This document shows, piece after piece, positions 27,228 through 33,800 of a stretch of DNA of 64,000 nucleotides. Numbering within the stretch: position 1 is the first letter of the stretch; each line of letters starts with the position of its first letter. This stretch comes from Gammaproteobacteria bacterium (lineage in GTDB: Bacteria > Pseudomonadota > Gammaproteobacteria > Steroidobacterales > JBCCMA01): assembly GCA_045106455.1 (NCBI GenBank), contig JBGCEL010000004.1, forward strand, positions 6,434 through 70,433, given 5' to 3'. The translations under genes and the position numbers were made by a program. The notes below the pieces were generated by a model that saw only the letters and a list, made by a program, of their open reading frames with translations, was not told the origin of the DNA and searched no databases.

Positions 27228-29351
27228 ATGCACGCAACCCACACACCCACGCCAACTACCTTTACGCCGTGCCTGACACGCGATGCCAGCGTGCATCGTC
27301 ACAGTTATCGCGGTACGCCGTGGTACATCGTGCACGACGGCATGACCGGACGTAGCCTTCATTTGGCCGCCGGTGCGTGGCGCGTTATCGACGCGATGGA
27401 CGGGCGCCGTTCGCCAGAGGAAATACTCGCGTACTTGCAACGCAACGGTGCACCGGTGCAGGCGAACGATGTGCACAGCGTCTGCGCCGAGTTACTGCGC
27501 GCCGGTCTCCTGCAAGGGACGACTTGTGAACAGGCGGATTCGCTGCAACTGGCAAGCCAGCCGCCCCCCCGCTGGAAACAGTGGCTAACCTCCCCACTTT
27601 CTATTCGCCTGCCGCTGCTTAACCCGCAAGTCTGGCTCGACAAACGTATTGCCAACGTAAGGCCCCTGTTCACGTCCACCACGCTGTGGCTGTGGCTGTC
27701 CGTCGTGATCACGGCCTGCTTTATGGCCGTCAGTCACCAAAACGAGCTGACCGAACGCGTCGCCTCGACCGTGATCAGCCCGTACGGCGTCATCCTGTTT
27801 TTGAGCGTTTACGCAGTAATGAAGTCACTGCACGAACTCGCCCATGCGTTTAGCATCCGGGCCTTCGGTGGCGCCGTCAACGAAATGGGCCTGGTGTTTC
27901 TGGTGTTCATGCCGGTGCCCTACGTCGATGCGGCCGCTGCCACCACGTTTGTCAACAAACGCCAGCGTATGCTCGTGAGCGCGTCGGGCATCATGGTAGA
28001 GGCATTTATTGGCGCGATCGCGCTGATACTCTGGACCAAAATCGAGCCCGGCGTGGTACGCGAAATCTGTTTCGCGGCGCTCATTATCGGTGGCGTCTCG
28101 ACGCTTTTGTTCAACGGCAATCCGTTGCTGCGCTTTGACGGCTACTACGTCTTAAGCGACGCTCTGGAAATACCAAATCTCGCCACCCGCTCGCGCCGCT
28201 ATTTGCACTATGCGATACAGCGGTACATGTTGCGCATGAAAGACGCTATTACTCCGGTTGTCACGCCCTCCGAACGCCTTTGGTTTGTGCTGTACGGCGT
28301 GCTGTCATCCATTTACCGTCTGATCATCCTTGCATTCATTGTCTGGTTTGTATCGCGCCAGGTGCCGTTGGTCGGCTACGCACTGGGCGCCTGGGTGTTT
28401 GTGTCGCAGTTGTTGCTACCAGCATTGCGTGGGTTTACCAGCGTCGTGACGCGGGCGCGCAACGCCACCAACTCGCGGCAAGTGTTATCCCGACTTAGCG
28501 CTACAACGCTCGCCTGCGGTGTCGTGACATTCGGCTTGCCAATGCCGGCGTGGAGCAGCGCTGAGGGCGTGATCTGGATGCCGCCAGAGGCGCAGGTTCG
28601 GGCACCCGTTGACGGCACGGTGGCCACAACACTGCTGGGCGACGGGACCAGCATCGTGCCCGAACAAGCCATTGTGCAGCTCGAAAGCCCGTCGCTTGTG
28701 AATGACGCGCGCGTGATAGCCGAACAGCTCAATGAAGTCCGCGCCCGCCAAAACCTTGCTCTGTTTCGCGATCGCAGCGCACTACGCAGCGTGGCTGAAA
28801 ACCTGCACCAGACCGAAATGCGTCTGACAGAAGCCCAACAGAAAGTACGTTCACTAACGCTAAAGAGTCCGGTCGCCGGTGCGCTGCATTTTTTCGATGA
28901 GAACACGCTCGCCGGGCGCTACGTGCGCAAGGGCGAGGTTCTCGCGTACGTGCGCGATGATCAGGCGCCTATTGTGCGCGTGGTCGTGAAACAAACGCAG
29001 ATCGAAAAACTACGCGACCCGAATACGAATGTTCGCGTGCTCATACCCGGTTATTTGGATCGGCAGTTCGCCGCCACTTTGGTGCAAGAGGTTGGGGCCA
29101 CGACTAACACGCTACCCAGCGCCGCATTGGGTAGCGCGGGCGGCGGCCGCATCGCCACAAATCTGACCGATGAACACCGTCGCACAGCGGCCGAGGACGT
29201 ATTTATCCTCGATGTCCAGCTGGCACCGAACGCACCCGACGTGGCGATCGGCACGCGCGTCTACCTACGCTTCGACTACGCCCCGGCTCCGTTGGCTCAG
29301 CAAATGCTGCGCAGCCTGCGCCAGCTCACGCTCGGTGGCAGCCGTGCGTAA
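27228..29351 (+). CDS. PqqD-like domain / site-2-protease (M50) membrane domain / HlyD-type adaptor tri-fusion
   Basis: TAAATG junction with the upstream gene. N-terminal WYIVHDGMTGRSLHLAAGAWRVIDAMDGRRSPEEILAYL...LLRAGLL is PqqD/RRE-like. Polytopic region carries HELAH (HExxH, 27831-27845) and NGNPLLRFDG (S2P NxxPxxxxDG, about 28113-28142). C-terminal adaptor region (VRAPVDGTV..., coiled coil, LKSPVAGAL). Confidence 0.75.
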   Translation: MHATHTPTPTTFTPCLTRDASVHRHSYRGTPWYIVHDGMTGRSLHLAAGAWRVIDAMDGRRSPEEILAYLQRNGAPVQANDVHSVCAELLRAGLLQGTTCEQADSLQLASQPPPRWKQWLTSPLSIRLPLLNPQVWLDKRIANVRPLFTSTTLWLWLSVVITACFMAVSHQNELTERVASTVISPYGVILFLSVYAVMKSLHELAHAFSIRAFGGAVNEMGLVFLVFMPVPYVDAAAATTFVNKRQRMLVSASGIMVEAFIGAIALILWTKIEPGVVREICFAALIIGGVSTLLFNGNPLLRFDGYYVLSDALEIPNLATRSRRYLHYAIQRYMLRMKDAITPVVTPSERLWFVLYGVLSSIYRLIILAFIVWFVSRQVPLVGYALGAWVFVSQLLLPALRGFTSVVTRARNATNSRQVLSRLSATTLACGVVTFGLPMPAWSSAEGVIWMPPEAQVRAPVDGTVATTLLGDGTSIVPEQAIVQLESPSLVNDARVIAEQLNEVRARQNLALFRDRSALRSVAENLHQTEMRLTEAQQKVRSLTLKSPVAGALHFFDENTLAGRYVRKGEVLAYVRDDQAPIVRVVVKQTQIEKLRDPNTNVRVLIPGYLDRQFAATLVQEVGATTNTLPSAALGSAGGGRIATNLTDEHRRTAAEDVFILDVQLAPNAPDVAIGTRVYLRFDYAPAPLAQQMLRSLRQLTLGGSRA

Positions 29352-29400
29352 GACCTTCACACACATAACGCTCCGCCAGAACACTCTGAGAAACACCACG

Positions 29401-30807
29401 ATGCATCAGTCATTTTTCGCCCCACTCGTTTGCGCCATCATGACCGTTGCTGTGGGCAGCACAACGCTTGCCGACGAGTTCGATGCGCACACCCTGAACT
29501 GCGTGATCCTGCCGGACGAGGTCGTCGACATCAGCAGCTCGGTGCCCGGTGTGCTCGAGCAAGTATTGGTGGAGCGCAGCGATAAGATTCAAAAGGGCCA
29601 GGTGCTGGCACGGTTGGAGGCAAGCGTAGAACAGGCGGTCACAGCGTTGGCGGAAGCACGTGCCACGGCCATCTCTGAACTGCGACTACGCCAGACCGAG
29701 CTCGGCTACGATGTTCAGCATCGTGATCGACTGTCTGAATTACAGCAACGCCATGTCGCATCATCGCAATCTTACGAAGACGCGCAGCGCACGGCAGAAG
29801 CCGCGCGCTGGCGACTCAAACTTGCCGAGGAGCGGCGCGAAGAGGCGCAGCTGGATCAACGCCGTGTCGCCGCCCTGCTCGCACAAAAGACCATTCGCAG
29901 TCCCATCGACGGCGTCGTTATCGCGCGGCATCACTCGGTGGGTGAACATGTTAATAGCGAGGCCGTGGTAACGGTCGCCAGGCTCGACCCGCTGCGGGTA
30001 GAGGTGCTTACGCCGATTGACATGTTCGGCAAAATTCAGCCGGGCATGCTGATGGACGTGCGTGCTGAGATCGACCCACAGACGCGGCACACGGCCGAAG
30101 TCGTGGCCGTGGACCCGGTAGCCGATGCCGGCAGCGGCATGTTTGCCGTTGAGCTCACGTTGCCCAACCCGAATAACGCGCTGCCTGCCGGCATCAAGTG
30201 TTACAGCGAACTGAGCCCAGGCGAGCAACCCTCGCCGACCGCCGCGCCCGCATCCACGGTGGCAGATGCACCCAACCCTGTGACGCCCTCGCCCACCCCC
30301 GTGATCACGGCAAACTTTGATGCCAGCGAACTGTGCCGTGTCTTTCCGGCTGTGACCGAACCCGAATCCATCTCGCGCTTGATGCGCACTGCGGTTGTGC
30401 TGGGTGGACGCGCGCAGAAAATACGCGCCGATGTTGCGGTAGCGAACGGCTACATTGTTGCCTCGCCCCGAGCCGACGCAGCGCAGCTTGAGCAGTGGCA
30501 AGAAACCTTAGGCGCGGCGGGCGAAAACGACACCGCCGTAATGCAACGCGGCGATTTTCGTCAGCGACTGACGATGGGCACCTACAACGGACCGCGCTCG
30601 GCAGAGCGCCGTCGCGATCAAATTGCCGCGCTTGGCGTAAGCGCAGAGGTGCTGCCACGCATGCGCAGCGCCACGGCCTGGAAGATTGAGGTGCAGCTTC
30701 CACAGCCGCTGCCAGCGCCAACCGGCACCCCGCCGCTGGCCGCCTTCATGGAACGCTTTAACAGCGAAGCCGTGCCGTGTGCATCCATTCGCGCGGCGAG
30801 CCTCTAA
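29401..30807 (+). CDS. membrane-fusion (RND/HlyD-type) periplasmic adaptor with Pro-rich linker and C-terminal SPOR-like domain
   Basis: Start at ATG 29401 (signal/anchor MHQSFFAPLVCAIMTVAVGSTTLA). Adaptor motifs VVDISSSVPGVLEQVLVERSDKIQKGQVLARLE and IRSPIDGVVIARH. PSPTAAPASTVADAPNPVTPSPTP linker. The C-terminal RLTMGTYNGPRSAERRRDQIAALGVSAEV is SPOR-like. The track start 29170 is an over-extension. Confidence 0.7.
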   Translation: MHQSFFAPLVCAIMTVAVGSTTLADEFDAHTLNCVILPDEVVDISSSVPGVLEQVLVERSDKIQKGQVLARLEASVEQAVTALAEARATAISELRLRQTELGYDVQHRDRLSELQQRHVASSQSYEDAQRTAEAARWRLKLAEERREEAQLDQRRVAALLAQKTIRSPIDGVVIARHHSVGEHVNSEAVVTVARLDPLRVEVLTPIDMFGKIQPGMLMDVRAEIDPQTRHTAEVVAVDPVADAGSGMFAVELTLPNPNNALPAGIKCYSELSPGEQPSPTAAPASTVADAPNPVTPSPTPVITANFDASELCRVFPAVTEPESISRLMRTAVVLGGRAQKIRADVAVANGYIVASPRADAAQLEQWQETLGAAGENDTAVMQRGDFRQRLTMGTYNGPRSAERRRDQIAALGVSAEVLPRMRSATAWKIEVQLPQPLPAPTGTPPLAAFMERFNSEAVPCASIRAASL

Positions 30808-30814
30808 CGTACTC

Positions 30815-33800
30815 ATGACACGCAAACGATCATCCAGACGGCCCGCAAACGCACTGTCGTTTGCGGTCGAGGCGCTTGAGCCGCGGCTGTTGCTGTCGGC
30901 GGACTGGGCGCTGGGCCTGGCGCCGGATGATGTGCGCGATGATCCGTTCGATCTGGATGCCGCCGCGGCCCATCGAGTGTTACGTGCACTCGGTTCTGAA
31001 GCCCCGTTGCCCGCCTCGATGGATCTGGAACATTTTATGGCACTGCAGCCGGCGACGCCGGAATTTGCCAATGATCAGTCCTTGGCAGAGAAGCCGTCGC
31101 GCACCGATTTTAGACTGCTATCCGGCGATGCCCCGCAAAGTGTTGACGACGGCTATTCGGTAAACGAAGACGAATCGATCACGTTCAACGCCGTGTGGTT
31201 CGACCCGGATTGGATCGCACGCCGTGAACTCACCATCGACAACAGCGCCAGCGCCACTGATCTCAACGACTTTCCGGTATTGATCACGCTCGACGCATCG
31301 CGTATCGACTACAGCCTTACCGAGGATGACGGCGACGATCTGCGCTTCACGGATGACGCCGGCAATCTGCTGGATTACGAGATCGAGCTGTGGGACGAAA
31401 GCGGCACGTCTTACGTATGGGTTCGAGTGGACAGCATTACGGCCGGCTCGACGACCGAGAGTATTTACATGTATTACGGCAATTCCAGCGCCGGCGAAGG
31501 GCAATCGCCCCGGGACGTCTGGGATGCCAACTATCAGCAAGTCCAGCATTTGGAGGAAACAAGCGGCAACTACGATGATTCCACCGCCAATGGTGTTGAC
31601 ATCAGTCTTAGCGGCGGCGACCCCCACGGCGACGACATGTTCATCGGTCCCGCCCATGCTTTTGACGGCACCAACGAACTCGACAGCCAACCTGAAGCAC
31701 TCGATGACAGTCGCGCTGCCGGCACAATTTCCATGTGGGTGGAATTTGATGAGCGCTCCGGCGTGATCAACCTGCTGACCTCGGACGTCGCGCGCGATCA
31801 AGCGATTTGGACTGACGACGGTACGTTTCACGTAGCAATGGCCACGAACTTGTTTACCTTTAGTAACCTGTCCGGAGGGTCGATCGAAAACGGCTGGAAT
31901 CAGGTCGTATTCACTTGGGACAGCGTCACCGGCGAACAGGCGCTTTACGCCAACGGCCTATTGGTCGATCAGGTATCGGTGGGCGCATGGGACCCGGATG
32001 GCGTGGACGGCAACACCATCAACATCGGTGGCGCCGCCGACGCCTTTCTGGGCTTTTTTCCCGAGCGCGACGGCCTCCAGGGCGGCATCGATGAAATACG
32101 CGTGTCCGACGTGGCGCGCTCGGCCGATTGGGTGGCCGCACAGTTCGCCACCATCAACGACAATTTTATTAGCTATGGTGCCGAAGAAGGGGCTGCCCGC
32201 GGCGTGCTGGAAAACGACACCGATGCCGAGAACGATGTGCTGGCCGCGGTCCTTGAAACCGGTCCGAGCAATGCCGCATCGTTTACGCTGTTTGCCGACG
32301 GCAGTTTCGAATACACGCCGCAGGCCAATTTCGTCGGCACCGACTCGTTTACCTACCGCGCCGATGACGGCAGCAGTCTCTCGGCGGCCGCGGCGACGGT
32401 CACCATCACCGTCAACGCGGTGAACGACGCCCCGACGTTCACGCTTGGCGGCGCACAGAACGTGAACGAAGATGGCGGTGGACAGAGTGTGGCGAATTTC
32501 TCCGTCGCCTCTGCGGGAGGCGGCGCTGATGAGTCGGGCCAAACGTTTACGTACATCGTCACCGGCGACAACCCGGGCCTGTTTTCGGTAGCACCGAGTA
32601 TTGATGCGGACGGCACACTTACCTACACGCTGGCACCTAACGCCGTTGGCAGCGCCAACCTGACCGTGCAGATGTCCGATTCCGGTGGCACGGCCAATGG
32701 CGGTAGTGACGCCGCTGTCGCGGAAAACTTTGTGATCAACGTTGCTCCCGTAAACGACGCACCTTCGGCCACGTTACTTGGCAACCAAACGGTCGTCGAG
32801 AATGCCGGCCCGCAGGCAGTGGCAAACTTTGCCGCCGGTTTTACGGGTGGTGGCGCGGATGAGAGCGGGCAAAACTTGTCTTATACGGTCATAACCGGTT
32901 TTCCCGCGCTGTTCAGCGCTGCTCCGGCCATCTCTCCCGACGGCACGCTGACGTTCACATTTGCCGACGGGATGTCTGGCTCCACCACGGTGGACGTGAT
33001 TGTCAGGGACGATGGGGGCACTGCGAATGGCGGTCAAGACACCTCTACCACCTACACCTTCACTCTGACCGCGACGCCGGCGTCGGTACCGCCGACGGCG
33101 CTGAACATGGATCAGACACTCAGCTACATTGAAGACAACACGCTCGACCTCGCGAACATCATTGTCAGCGACGGCGATGCCGGCGATGTGATTACCGCAA
33201 CGCTCACGCTGGCCGATCCATTGGCAGGTAGTTTGAGCACGCTCAGCGGCGCAGGCGAAACGTACGTAGCGGCCACGGGACGCTGGCGCATCGTGGGCAC
33301 GCAAGCCGAAGTGAACACCGCACTCGCCAACGTCACGTTCGTCCCGGCTGCCAACTACGCGCTGGATACGAGCATTGCAGTGAATATTCAAGATGCGGAC
33401 GGAACCGGCCCTGCGGATGGGCTGATCGAGCTTAACGCCCTGGCCGTTAACGATGCGCCCTCCGCAACGCTCGCAGGCGACGTCAACGTTTTGGAGAACT
33501 CAGGACCACAAACCATCGCCGGATTTGCGGTTGGATTTGTCGGTGGCGGTACTGATGAGGCCGGTCAAGCACTCACTTATATAGTGAGCGCTGATCAGGT
33601 CAACATGTTTAGCAGCGGCCCGGTGATTTCCTCGGACGGCACCCTGAGCTTCACCACCGCGGACAACGTTACCGGCAGTGCAACCGTTCGCGTGCGCGTG
33701 ATCGACGATGGCAACACCGCCAATGGCGGGCAAAATCAGTCGGTCGACTACACGTTCAATATCATCATCAATGATCGGCCCGATGCACCGACGACCACCA

